From contig OZ024748.1 in assembly GCA_964016885.1 (NCBI GenBank), positions 12,524,001-12,588,000 on the forward strand: a DNA stretch of 64,000 bases. Direction: 5' to 3'. The notes under the pieces are model-generated. The model did no database searches. It saw only the letters and a program-made list of their open reading frames with translations, and was not told the DNA's origin. The translations under genes and the position numbers were made by a program. Within the stretch, counting starts at the first letter, position 1, and each line of letters opens with the position of its first letter. Positions 1 through 13,496 of this stretch are shown in pieces. This DNA comes from Eledone cirrhosa (taxonomy: Eukaryota).

Positions 1-714
1 TATTACACTAACCTTTATAGAGACCTGCTCTGAGATATAACCTCATATGAGGCCAGCTAAACCTGGTGTTGTAGGTGTGAGCTGAAGCAACAACAAGGAC
101 AACAACAACATTTTAAGTTGAGTAGAATCTTTCACAAAATGAAAAACTTGAAGAATTTTTTCAAATGTTTCAATCAACTCAAAAGATAGACAGGACCTCA
201 CTTTTAAACTTTTCTCTAGCTCCTCCCTGAGAAACAGTTCCTTAAGGCCCACACTGTGAAAAACCTTTCCTGAGCCCTTCTGTGAAAAATCCTTTGCAAG
301 ATCCCTTATAAAAAATACACCTTGAAACTCTCTCTAAAAAAAGAAAAAAAAACTTAAGGCCTTCAAACCCTAAAAAAACCTTTTCCAATCCCTTCTTGGA
401 TAAATCCTTCAAGAACCCCTCACTGGATACCCTGATAAAGCCTCCTTCTGGGCTTCTTTATCTTTCTCATTTGTGATGGGATTACTTAACTAAATACAAC
501 ACAAGATAACTCCTAGCATTTTCTTTATTCTCATAATTACCTCCCTTGTAATTTTCAAGGGGAGTAACTATAAATTTTTTAATGAATTTACCGCATATCT
601 ATTTTTAACTACAGCGAACACCGGAACCTGTACGCAATCGAGAGACTCGCTAGAAATAGCAGCCAAATATATCACAAAATACACCATATTACACAACATA
701 ACATGCATTATACA

Positions 715-3130
715 CACCACCACTAGCACCACCACCACCACCAGCACCACCACCAGCACTACCACTAGCACTAACACCACCACCATTATTACCAGCACCA
801 GTACCACTACCTCCACCACACCATTACCTTGATCACCACAACAACTGACCATCATTACTATAACATACCACCACCACCACCATCACCACCACAACCACCA
901 CACACCACCACACACACACCACCACCACCACACAACACCACCCACACACACCACCACAACCACCACACACCACCACACACACACCACCACCACCACACAC
1001 CACCACCCACACACCACCACAACCACCACACACCACCACACACCACCACACACACCAACACCACTACCACTACCACCACCACCACACAACACCACCCACA
1101 CACACCACCATAACCACCACACACCACCACACACACACCACCACCACCACACACCACCACCCACACACCACCACAACCACCACACACCACCACACACCAC
1201 CACACACACCAACACCACTACCACCACCACCACCACAATGACCAGGTAGGTCATTAGTGTTTATCATGTGACAACGATAAGAATCTGTCAATGGCCCAAA
1301 CCGTTAGCAACAGTCGATGTTGTTGGTTGCTAAGTGTGAGCCGTGGCTAAAAATATTTCACCATCACAATACACACACACACACATACACACACACATAC
1401 CCCCCCCCCCCCACACATACATACATACACACATGCATACACACATACACACACACACATACGCACACACATATACATACACACACACATGCACACACAT
1501 ACACATATACAGACACAAACACACAGACACATACATACACATACACATACATATAGACACAGATATATACACACACACATATATACGTACATATATACAT
1601 ACACACCCACAGACATACATACACACAGGCACACATACATACAGACACATATACATACAAACACCCACATACACATACAACACACACAACACACACACAA
1701 TATATATATATACGTGTGTGGGTGTGTCTAATTTTGTAATGCTTACTTAAGTGTCTTCTGTCCCCTTTCTCTCTTATTACTACGTGTATGTGTAAGTGTG
1801 TGTGTGAGTGTGAGTGAGTGTGTGTGTAAGTGTGTGTGAGTGTGAGTGTGTGTGTAAGTGTGGTGTGAGTGTGTGTGTAAGTGTGTGTGTGTGTGAGTGT
1901 GTGTAAGTGTGTGTAAGTATGTGTGTGAGTATGAGTGAGTGTGTGTGTGAGAGTATGTGTGAGTGTGTGTAAGTATGTGTGTGAGTATGAGTGAGTGTGT
2001 GTGTAAGTGTGTGTATGTGTGTGTGAGTGTGTGTGTAAGTGTGTGTTTGTGTGAGTGTGCGTGTAAGTGTGTGTGTAAGTGTGTGTGTATGTGTGTGAGT
2101 ATGAGTGAGTGTGTGTATGTGTGTGTATGTGTAAGTGTGTGCGTAAGTGTGTGTGGGAGTGTGAGTGTGTGTAAGTGTGTGTATGTGTGAGTGTGCGTGT
2201 AAGTGTGAGTTTTTGTAAGTGTGTGTATGTGTAAGTGTGTGTGTAAGTGTGTATGTGTGTGAGTATGAGTGAATGTGTGTGTGTGTGTGTAAGTGTGTGC
2301 GGAAGTGTGTGTGTGTGTTGTCAAAAGCCATTACAGAGCAGAACAGTCACAGCGAGAGAACAGGCACGAATTCAGGTGAGTTGAGATTTTATAAACAACA
2401 ACAACAACAGTAACAACAACATCAACATCAACAACAGTAACAACATCAACAACAATAACAACCACATCAACAACAACAACAATAACAACCACATCAACAA
2501 CAACAACAACAATAACAACAACATCAACAAAAAAAACAGTAACAACGACAGTAACAACCACATCAACAACAACAATAACAACCACATCAACAACAACAAC
2601 AACAACAACAATAACAACAACATCAACAAAAAAAAACAGTAACAACGACAGTAACAACCACATCAACAACAACAATAACAACCACATCAACAACAACATC
2701 AACAACAACAATAACAACCACATCAACAACAACAACAACAACAACAACAATAACAACAACATCAACAAAAAAAACAGTAACAACGACAGTAACAAAGAAA
2801 TAAGAACCACCACAACAACAACAACAACATCAGCAGTAACAACAACATTAACAGTCCAACATAAAAAAAAAAACATCAACAACAACTGTAGCAACAACAA
2901 CATTAACAGTAATAATAATAACAACAACATCAGCAGTCCAAAGTCAATAAAACCAACATCAACAGTAACAACAACAGTGACAATATAAACCACGCCAACA
3001 GTCATAACTACAACAACAACAACAACCACAACAGTAACAACAACACCCACAATAACAACCACTACCACAACCACAGCACCAACAACAATCACAATAACAG
3101 CCACAGCACCAACAACAAAAACTAAAACAA
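715..3130. repeat. Compound microsatellite field (CAC, CA, GT, AAC)
   Basis: Direct inspection; it explains the low-complexity ORFs here. Confidence 0.95.
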
Positions 3131-3462
3131 CAGCATCTAAAGATGAGTCAACGCGAAGACCTCAACACGACCACCCCCACCTGCTAAAAATAGCAGTCAA
3201 GCCACCCTTAAATCACATCCTACCGTTTTGTAACCCCCCTCCCCCCAAAAAAACCCCCCCGGACATGTTGGGTAATGTCGACCAGGGATATTTACACAAC
3301 ATGCGTGGGTATACCTTTGACCATAGGCCTGCTTTATGGAGACTAGCTTCAGTGACGTAGCTAGGGTGTGTGCCATTCGGGGCAACCCTCAAGTTTGCTG
3401 CCCTCGGGTTCACACAAAAATAAAATAAAAAATACACATTGCGTAGTGATTCACTCCTAATG

Positions 3463-3512
<50 letters not shown>

Positions 3513-3715
3513 CCTACCAACCTCTAGAAACCCAAATGGGAAGTAGCATGAAAAAAAAGTGCCCCCAAACTAGGAGAAATGAGGCAAAATGGGGAAATTT
3601 TACATAATGAAACCTATAACCATTTTCACAAGAGAAGACATCTCTCACCCACCCCAAAGTGATTGGGAGATCTACCCCGTCCCACGGGGGAGAGTTGACA
3701 GGTCTGATATATATA

Positions 3716-3900
3716 TAATTGTTTCTACTTTAGGCACAAGGCCAGCAATTACCCAGTACATTACTGGTACTTTATTTTATCGACCCCGTAAGGATGAAAG
3801 GCAAAGTCAACCTCGGCGAGATTTGAACTCGGATCGTAAAGGGACGTAACTATGCTGGAAAGCATGGCGTCCGACCCTCTACCGATACTACCAATTCAAC
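3716..3900 (-). mobile_element. tRNA-derived SINE, family 1
   Basis: A-box (TGGTAGTATCGG) and B-box (GTTCAAATCTC) head, CTTTGCCTTTCATCCTTACGGGGTCGATAAAATAAAGTACCAG body and GAAACAATTA end. Many copies in the window. Confidence 0.85.
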
Positions 3901-4477
3901 GAATGATTAGTCTGCGTATAATTATAATAATATGCTGCAGTATCAAAAGAACGCTTTATAGCCTACAGCAGACCGAAAAGTGCCGCCCCCATAAAAGTGT
4001 CACCCGGGGCGGACTGCTTCCCTCGCCCACCTCTAGCTATGCTACTGACTGGCTTGGGGTTAAAATATAACTAACAATTCAGTAACAACAGCAACAGCAA
4101 TTTAAAGAATAATTGTTTCTACTTTTGGCACAAGGCCAGCAACAACCCAGTACATTACTGGTACTTTATTTTATCAACCCCGAGAATAATGCGATCATGC
4201 ACAGATATAGTATCTGGGAAATTTGGGGCTTAATTGCTGATAGCGGCTGATGGTAACTTCTTTTCCATCTTTTAAGGGTCTTAACCCTGCGCTGGTCTTT
4301 TGTGTGGTTTTCGCCACGAGTAACCCTCGAAGGTTTCCCCCCTACTGGGGAATTTTTCATTGTTTCAATTTTCAATTTTATTGTTTATATATATATATAT
4401 ATATGTTTTATGTCCTTTTTTTTCTTTTCTTATGCAGACACCAGGGGGAGAATTATATATGCATACAAGACCTCAGT

Positions 4478-4935
4478 GGGGGTAAGGTCGTATAGGCACA
4501 CGAGACCACAATGGGGAAGGGTCGTGTACGTGCATCGCCACACTGGGGGTAGGGTCGTATAGGTATATCTCCACACCGGGGGTGGGTCGTATAGGTGCAT
4601 CGCCAACACGGGGGAGGGTCGTGTACGTGCATCGCCACACTGGGGGGTAGGGTCGTATAGGTATATCGCCACATCGGGGGTGGGTCGTATAGGTGCATCG
4701 CCAACACGGGGGAGGGTCGTGTACGTGCATCGCCACACTGGGGGGTAGGGTCGTATAGGTATATCGCCACACCGGGGGTGGGTCGTATAGGTGCATCGCC
4801 AACACGGGGGAGGGTCGTGTACGTGCATCGCCACACTGGGGGATAGGGTCGTATTGGTATATCGCCACACCGGGGGTGGGTCGTATAGGTACATCGCCAA
4901 CTCGGGGGAGGGTCATATAGGCATACGAAGCCACA
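4478..4935. repeat. GC-rich minisatellite; 32-33 bp monomers in a 3-monomer higher-order repeat of about 98 bp
   Basis: GGGTCGT(G/A)TA(C/G)GT...ATCGCCA..C.GGGG monomers cycling in A-B-C order. Confidence 0.9.
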
Positions 4936-5496
4936 CTGGAGTGAGACGGGTGGAGGGGTGGAGAGAGAGAGAGAGAGAGAGAGACGGGTGGTGGGGGTGG
5001 AGAGAACGGGGTGGTGGGGTGGAAGAGATAAGGGTGGGTATTGTTTAAGTTTGTCATTAAAAATTCCTTGGCCATTTATATTGTGTTAGTCTATGTACAT
5101 ATGTGTATATATGTGTTGGCACATGAGTGTAAGTGTGTCTATGTGAATACATATTTGCCTACATGTGTGTGTCTATGTGTGTGTATGTATGTATGTATAT
5201 GTATATATGTATGTGTGTGTGTGTGTATGTGTGTGTGTGTGTGTGTCTACGTGAATATACATATATGAATTTATGACATACGGACACACATGTGTCTATG
5301 TGTGTGTATGTATGTATGTGTATGTATGTATGTATGTATGTATGTGTGTGTGTGTGTATGTGTGTGTGTGTATGTGTCTATGTGAATATACATATATGAA
5401 TTTATGACATACAGACACACAGGTGTTAAGTGGTTACCGCCACCCAGGGTGTCAGTAATATTCGTTTGATGTTAAGATATTCTATATAATACATAC

Positions 5497-5564
<68 letters not shown>

Positions 5565-5568
<4 letters not shown>

Positions 5569-6050
5569 CGTTTCTGAATTTGTTTAGCAAGATTCTTTAT
5601 CTGAAAACGTGTGTTGAAACCGATATTGTTATACTTTGGGAGGGTCATGTTGCCAATAAGGAACACACGCACCAGTTGCTTTCACTTCAATTTATTATAA
5701 TAAATTTATAAATTTCCGGTTGGTTGGTTGGTTGGTTCCACAACCAGATGGTTGTTTATATATTGTCAAAGTTCTTTCGTCACACATTCTGTGACCTCTT
5801 CAGTGACTTGTTTCAAGATGGCGTAGGACAGTACAAAGGGGAGGCACAAAAACAAAGAAAAGAATCCCCAGTCACCGAAGAGGTCACCGAATGTGTGACG
5901 AAAGAACTTTGACAATATATAAACAACCATCTGGTTGTGGAACCAACCAACCAACCGGAAATTTATAAATTTATTATAATAAATTGAAGTGAAAGCAACT
6001 GGTGCGTGTGTTTCTTATTGGCAACATGACCCTCCCAAAGTATAACAATA
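5565..6050. mobile_element. Fold-back element, family H2, copy 1
   Basis: Inverted arms 5623-5808 and 5870-6050, with an extra tail of about 58 nt on one arm only. Flanked by TA microsatellite. Homologous copies at 13490 and 41009. Confidence 0.85.
5765..5807 (-). ncRNA. Minimal hammerhead-like motif (family H2)
   Basis: GTCA-CTGAAGA-G-GTCACA(GAATG)TGTGAC-GAAAG-AA-CTT-TGAC. Helix I is GTCA/TGAC, helix II is 6 bp with one extra G after the core, and the triplet is CUU. Confidence 0.65.
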
Positions 6051-6507
6051 TACATACATATATATATATACATACACATATATACATACACACACATACA
6101 TACATACATACATACATACATACATACATACATACATACACATACATTCATACACATACATACATGCACACACACACATACACACACACACATACATACA
6201 TACCCATACATATACATGCACACACACATTTAGTATACATACATACACACACATAGACACACACATGTAGACAAATATGTATTCACGTAGACACACACAC
6301 ACACACACACACATATGCCAACACATATATACAGATATCTACATAGACTCCCAAGGAATTGTTAATGACAAACTTAAACAATACCCACCCTTATCGATAA
6401 AATAAAGTACCAGTAATACACTGGGGAAATTGCTGGCCTTGTGCCCAAAGTGGAAACAATTATTATTCCTGTTATTGTCATAATTGTTGTTGTTATTGTA
6501 GTTGTAG

Positions 6508-6538
<31 letters not shown>

Positions 6539-6733
6539 AGTTGTTGTTGTTGTTGTAGTTGTTGTTGTTGTTGTTGTAGTTGTTGTTGACATCAAATCCC
6601 AACCCCCGTTTAACTCTCCCTTTCATCTTTGCGAGATATCGATAAGATAAATAGTACCACTCCAGTATTGGCTTGATTTAATCGATTAGGCACTTTCAAT
6701 CAGATTTATTATATTATATTGGATCCATTAGAT

Positions 6734-6835
<102 letters not shown>

Positions 6836-6970
6836 GGTGGTGGTTGTGGTGGTGGTGGTGGTGGTGGTTTAGGTGGTGATGATAATGGTGGTGATGGTGT
6901 TGATGATGATGGTGGTGCTGATGATAACGAGATGAAGCGTCTTAATAAAATTTAGTAAAGATTGATTATA

Positions 6971-7472
<502 letters not shown>

Positions 7473-7475
7473 ATA

Positions 7476-7720
<245 letters not shown>

Positions 7721-8332
7721 TATATATATATATATAAATATGAATATATATATATATGGGTAAAGACCCCTTTGGTTACAAATGACCATGGGATTTGCAC
7801 CTAGAAAGTTCACCTCCGAGACACAAGTCCGGGTAAGATTGTTTGTGGAAGATGTATACCAGTCTCCTTCTCTCCACGTATACCAGTCTCCTTCTCTCCA
7901 CGCCATCAATGTTGTCCAAGGGAAAGGCAATGCTCAATAAAACTTGGCACCAGTGACATCACAACTTATTTCTACAGCTGAGTAAACTGGAGCAACGTGA
8001 AATAAAATGTCTTGCTCAAGAACACAACGGAAAGCTCGGTCCGAGAATCGAACTCACCAGCTCACGTTTGTAAGCCAAACTCTCTATGATCCAATATTGA
8101 GCTTAAGTTATGTAAAAAAAAAAAAGTACTCCTTCCCACTAACCAATCAACCAATCAACCAATCAACCTAGTAAGCAACCAAACAAAAAAGTAAGAAAAC
8201 GTTTATAAAACTGTATTTATTTTTTATTTTTCAATTTCAGAATTTGTTGGAGAATCATTGTGGATGAAAATTGGAGAGATATGACATCTCTCAGATTTGG
8301 TGCTGTATTGTATGGTAATATAATTTGAAAAA

Positions 8333-8387
<55 letters not shown>

Positions 8388-8425
8388 CACACAGAGTACA
8401 GCGTGTTGCCTTGAAAGGCGACACA

Positions 8426-8831
8426 ATGCCCGTTGTTGCGCCACCCTCCAAACAATTTGCTGACGTGAATGTTTCGGAGAACCACAACAAGTACAGTAAT
8501 GGAAATACCAACAGCCAATACAAGGACCTGAGAAAACCTCGGCGTGTGAAATTCTATGTGAACGGGGACCGTTTTTTCAAAGGGAAAAAATTTTTTGTTA
8601 CACCGAATCGTTATTTCAACTTCCATGACTTACTGAACGACTTAACAAATAAGTTACCAAAGAACAATGTTCATCTGCCGTATGGTGTTCGACAGATCTT
8701 CAATGCAAGACTTGGAGAACATATCAAAGACATTGAACATTTACAAGATGGTAAATCTTATGTCTGTGCTGGATTTGAAAGTTTCAAAACTATTAAGTAT
8801 GGTAACTATGAAATGGAACCGTGGTCCTTCG
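8426..8831 (+). CDS. DCLK3: Doublecortin-like kinase (DCLK3-like), coding exon 1: first DCX domain
   Basis: ATG at 8426. Translation RKPRRVKFYVNGDRFFKG...LPYGVRQIF...YVCAGFESFK is a DCX domain. Donor G|GTGAGA follows 8831 (phase 1) and matches the exon 2 acceptor phase. Confidence 0.9.
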
Positions 8832-9199
8832 GTGAGACATTTTCACATTGTTTTTTCATTACTAGAGTTTTTTTTCCATACGCTGATACGCATGTGTATA
8901 TGTGCGTGTGCGTATGTGCAGATGCAAGCATTTATATGTATGAGTATATAGATATAAACGTGCAAACACAAACACGCTTCCACCTTCCTTCCTTTTACAC
9001 ACACATACATTCACGCAGGCAGCTGACGTAAAGAAAGAGGAGTAGTATGAGGTAGTCACACTACTCCTCTCTCTTTACGTGTTGTGACAGAATCACAGAA
9101 ATTTATATATAGATTCTTTGTCGTGTTAGGGTGTTTAATTATCATAAATGTTTTGGTTTATTTTCGACAGAGGTCAACTTTGCCTGTCATCTTTTAAGG

Positions 9200-9690
9200 G
9201 CAGTGGATTGGCGGTATCGGTAGAGCGTCGGACAACATGTTATGTGGCATATAGTTACGACCCTTTACGTTCTGAGTTCAAATCCCGTCGATATCAACTT
9301 TACCTTTCTTCGTTTACCTTTCATCTTTTGGCAGTATCAGTAGAGCGTCGGACAACATGGTTTGTGGCATATAGTTACGACCCTTTACGTTCTGAGTTCA
9401 AATCCCGTCGATATCAACTTTACTTTTCTTCGTTTACCTTTCATCTTTTGGCAGTATCAGTAGAGCGTCGGACAACATGCTATGCGGCATATAGTTACGA
9501 CCCTTTACGTTCTGAGTTCAAATCCCGTCGATATCAACTTTACTTTTCTTCGTTTACCTTTCATCTTTTGGCAGTATCAGTAGAGCGTCGGACAACATGC
9601 TATGCGGCATATAGTTACGACCCTTTACGTTCTGAGTTCAAATCCCGTCGAGGTCAACTTTGTCTTTTATCCTTTAGGGGTCGATAATAA
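9200..9690 (+). mobile_element. SINE family 1 with its 5' part tandemly amplified (120-bp unit, x4)
   Basis: Units start near 9208, 9328, 9448 and 9568, each with A and B boxes. Confidence 0.85.
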
Positions 9691-10727
9691 AGTTCTTCCA
9701 GTCCAACACTAGGTTCGAGTCTTCCACTAAATCTCTTTCATATTTCTCTCTATCACTCCCCCCCTCCTTCTCTGGAAGAACTCGGCTGTGTTCAGACCTA
9801 CAGTGGGAATGGGCTCTGCCAAGATTTTAAAAAAGTGCCCATGAAACGCCGTATAAGACCAAGGCGCCTCCCACGACTCCAACAGAAGTTATGGGATCAT
9901 ACATACAAATGTTTCGACTCACTGTACTCTGAGTTCAAACCCCGCCGAGGTCAAGGTCAATTTTTCTTTTCACCCTTTCGAGAAGAAAAAGAAGAAAAAG
10001 AAAAAGAAGGAAAAGAAGAAGAAAATGAAGAAAAAGGAGAAAAATGAAAAAAAAAGAAGGGGAAAATGAAGAAAAAGAAGGAAAAGAAGAAAATGAAGAA
10101 GAAAAAGGAAAAGAAGAGGTCAAGGTCAATTTTTCTTTTCACCCTTTCGAGAAGAAAAAGAAGAAGAAAAAGAAAAAGAAGGAAAAGAAGAAAATGAAGA
10201 AAAAGGAGAAAAATGAAAAAAAAAGAAGGGGAAAATGAAGAAAAAGAAGGAAAAGAAGAAAATGAAGGAAAAGAAGAAAATGAAGAAGAAAAAGGAAAAG
10301 AAGACAATGAAAATATTTACTATCTCGATTATGTATCTGATAGTCTTCCATACTTGTGCATCATTAACGTCAATTATGGAGGACTAGTTTATTCTAGTTG
10401 TCTTGTTATGTTTTGTTTACAATCCTTTACTGTTGTATTTTAGTTGTTGTTATTATTCATTACCTCTCCACCCCTCTTGTAAGTTATCCCCCCCCCCCAG
10501 TTCTGTGTCGGTGAAAAATGAAAGATATTGATTATTTTCTATATATATTCACGTCCACTATAAGTTTACATATGATCGATATCGATCAGTTTTGAGAAGA
10601 CACAAAGCCAATTTCTCACGGGGATGTTGTTAATCCAAAAATCGAAAGACAAATCATTAGTGATTATTCCATTTAAAGTAGATCCCACCCATTAGATAGA
10701 GTCTTTATTAGTAAACCTTCATGTGGG

Positions 10728-11372
10728 TGGTGAGTTGGCAGTAATATGTAGAGCTTTGTGGCATAGAGTTATGGCCCTTTACGTTCTAAGTTCAAATCCT
10801 GCCGAGGTTAGCATTAATCGGTAGAGCGTCGGACATCATGCTTTGTGGCACAGAGTTATGTCCCTGTACGTTCTAAGTTCAAATCTTGCCAAGGTTAGCA
10901 TTAATCGGTAGAGCGTCGGACATCATGCCTTGTGGCACAGTGTTATGTCCCTGTACGTTCTAAGTTCAAATCCTGCCGAGGTTAGCATTAATCGGTAGAG
11001 CGTCGGACATCATGCTTTGTGGCACAGAGTTATGACCCTTTACGTTCTAAGTTCAAATCCTGCCGAGGTTAGCATTAATCGGTAGAGCGTCGGACAACAT
11101 GCTTTGTGGCATAGAGTTATGACCCTTTACGTTCTAAGTTCAAATCTTGCCGAGGTTAGCAGTAATCGGTAGAGCGTCGGACAACATGCTTTGTGGCATA
11201 GAGTTATGACCCTTTACGTTCTAAGGTCAAATCTTGCCGAGGCTAGCTTTAACTTTCATCCTTACGGGGGTCAATTAAATATAGTACCAGTGACACACTG
11301 GGGTCGATTTAATAGACTTTCTCCCACCCACCTCTAAAATTGTTGGTCTAGTGCTTAAATCAGAAACCATTA
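10728..11372 (+). mobile_element. SINE family 1 with 87-bp head tandemly repeated, then a normal body and tail
   Basis: AGCATTAATCGGTAGAGCG (last copy AGCAGTAATCGG) recurs at 10810, 10897, 10984, 11071 and 11158. Confidence 0.85.
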
Positions 11373-11422
11373 TCACATCTTTACACACACGCACACATAT
11401 TAAATATATATATATATATATA

Positions 11423-11976
11423 TGTAGATAAATCTACCAAGAGTTTACGGTAGTGTCCAATCCGTATGAAGAACTCAATGTATTCCGGATATCATGGAAA
11501 GAAGAGATGTAATGAAAAATCACTTTCGGTGAAAGATAAACGGTATACAGAGTCAAGATAAAATATTAAAAAAATAATGAATAAAACAATGAAACAGTTC
11601 CTTATATTAAACAAAAAAAGTTCATTATTTAACGATCGTTTCTAGGATATATATGTGTTAGAATTGGCATGCATATTCAACAGATCTATGTACAAAATTA
11701 TACAAAATTATACAAACTATCAAGATTAAATATACATACCAACACATATATACGCCGTCTTCAGAAATAATCATTATTTCTGAAGACGGCGTATATATGT
11801 GTTGGTATGTATATTTAATCTTGATAGTTTGTATAATTTTGTATAATTTTGTACATAGATCTGTTGAATATGCATGCCAATTCTAACACATATATATCCT
11901 AGAAACGATCGTTAAATAATGAACTTTTTTTGTTTAATATAAGGAACTGTTTCATTGTTTATTCATTATTTGTTTA

Positions 11977-11985
<9 letters not shown>
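11423..11985. mobile_element. Family H3 fold-back element
   Basis: Near-perfect palindrome at about 11557-11985 centred on 11771, with a one-sided tail of about 130 nt; TA-flanked. Confidence 0.8.
11771..11922 (+). ncRNA. Hammerhead-like motif with very long helix II (family H3); mirror copy at about 11622-11770 on the minus strand
   Basis: TCATTATTT-CTGAAGA-[115 nt partly self-complementary]-GAAAC-GATC-GTT-AAATAATGA. Helix I is a perfect 9 bp and loop III is palindromic. The base of helix II is non-canonical (C.A). Confidence 0.6.
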
Positions 11986-12019
<34 letters not shown>

Positions 12020-12130
12020 TATTGTACTGTGTTTGTTGGTTAGTGCTAAACACAAAAATATATACACTCGTACATATATATATATATTATGTATGGGTGT
12101 ATATATTTTGTGTACAGTAGTAGTTGTGGT

Positions 12131-12178
<48 letters not shown>

Positions 12179-12470
12179 TTCTATCATTACAACAACAGAG
12201 ATCCGACGAGCTTTTGATTACAGAGTCGGGCCAATCGATACAGATCGAACTATGAGCTGATCAATAGCGAAACACGCGTTCACCAATCAATAAACGTAAC
12301 GAAGGGCATAGCAATTCGTCCTTGTTTTATATATATATATATAGCTGTCGAAACGGCCGGAGCTCACCCGTCGGGGTCCTGACTCTTTTCCTATTACCCA
12401 CTCTACTATCCATAGTATCAAGTACTCTGCTGCGTTATGGTCCACCTGGTTCCTTACCACATTTTCTTCG

Positions 12471-12508
<38 letters not shown>

Positions 12509-13454
12509 CGAAGGAAATGTGGTAAGGAACCAGATGGACCTTAACGCACCAAAGTACTCAATACTTAGGGTAGTAGAGTGGGTAATATTCTGTCCAGAAT
12601 TAGCCGTCGAAACGGCTTGAGCTCAGCCGTCGGGATCCTACTCGTTCCTATATATATATACATATATATATGTAACGGAGGAGCTGACAAAGGACCGTGA
12701 CAAGTGGAGAGATGCTGTGCTGAGTAGGACCCGTCCCACCCTTGCAAGCAGGGAAAAGCGGACGTAAAATGATGATGATGATGATATATAAACATACATA
12801 CAGTTTTCATAAGCAGCTTCTCTCTTCTCACAAAACACACATTTAAACCCTCATACACAGCAGCACCCATTCACTGATCTATATATACACACACACAGAC
12901 ACACACTCACATATACACACGCATATACACATACACATACACACATACATACACAGACACACACATACATACACACTCAGACACACACGATTGCCGTGAT
13001 ATTGCGATGAGATGCGATGAGTAAATAATTTATGTGTCTGGATGTAATAAAACTCTTCAATGGTCGGCCATGTTGTGCAAAGAATAAGTTATGACCAATT
13101 GAGATGTAATTTATACAAGAATTAGCTAATTATTGTTCATAAATTACATTATTAATATTATATATATTCGTGGGAAATAAAACTGTTCTAATGTATACAC
13201 ACGCGCACACATACACACACACACACATATATATACATATATATATATATATATGTGTGTGTGTACATGTGTGTGTGTGTATATATGTGTATGTGTGTGT
13301 GTGTGTACATGTGTGTGTGTGTATATGTGTATATGTGTGTATGTGTGTGTATATGTGTGTGTGTATATATATATATGTATGTTTATATATGTACATATGT
13401 ATGTATATATATATATGTGTGTGTATCTATATGTATGTATATATATATATTTAT

Positions 13455-13489
<35 letters not shown>

Positions 13490-13496
<7 letters not shown>

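Noticed and set aside
568-3104. Many overlapping ORFs rich in H/T, V/C, Y/I or poly-V/L (also at 45-46 kb, 50-52 kb, 55-59 kb and 62-63 kb)
   Set aside because: They are translations of stop-free microsatellites with no domain content.
4430-5075. Repeat array that could be mistaken for CRISPR or a repeat protein
   Set aside because: There are no unique spacers or cas genes, the context is eukaryotic, and the ORFs are open in several frames only because of the repeat.
5593-5635. CTGAAAA...GAAAC...GTT in the H2 tail as a second hammerhead
   Set aside because: It lacks G8 (CTGAAAA, or CTGAAAT in another copy) and has only a 3-bp helix I.
5565-6050. Possibility that all the palindromes are assembly artefacts
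   Set aside because: Judged unlikely because the arms differ by substitutions and independent copies share termini but differ at their centres. It is not fully excluded without reads.
9200-9290. tRNA-like A and B boxes as possible tRNA genes
   Set aside because: They are always followed by the SINE body and no convincing cloverleaf is seen, so they are SINE heads.
9935-10443. K/E-rich and F/S-rich ORFs
   Set aside because: They come from a duplicated purine-rich low-complexity tract inside a decayed SINE.
12254-12284. CTGATCA-ATAGC-GAAAC-ACGC-GTT hammerhead-like string
   Set aside because: The core G8 is substituted, there is no helix II and helix I is poor; at most a decayed relic.
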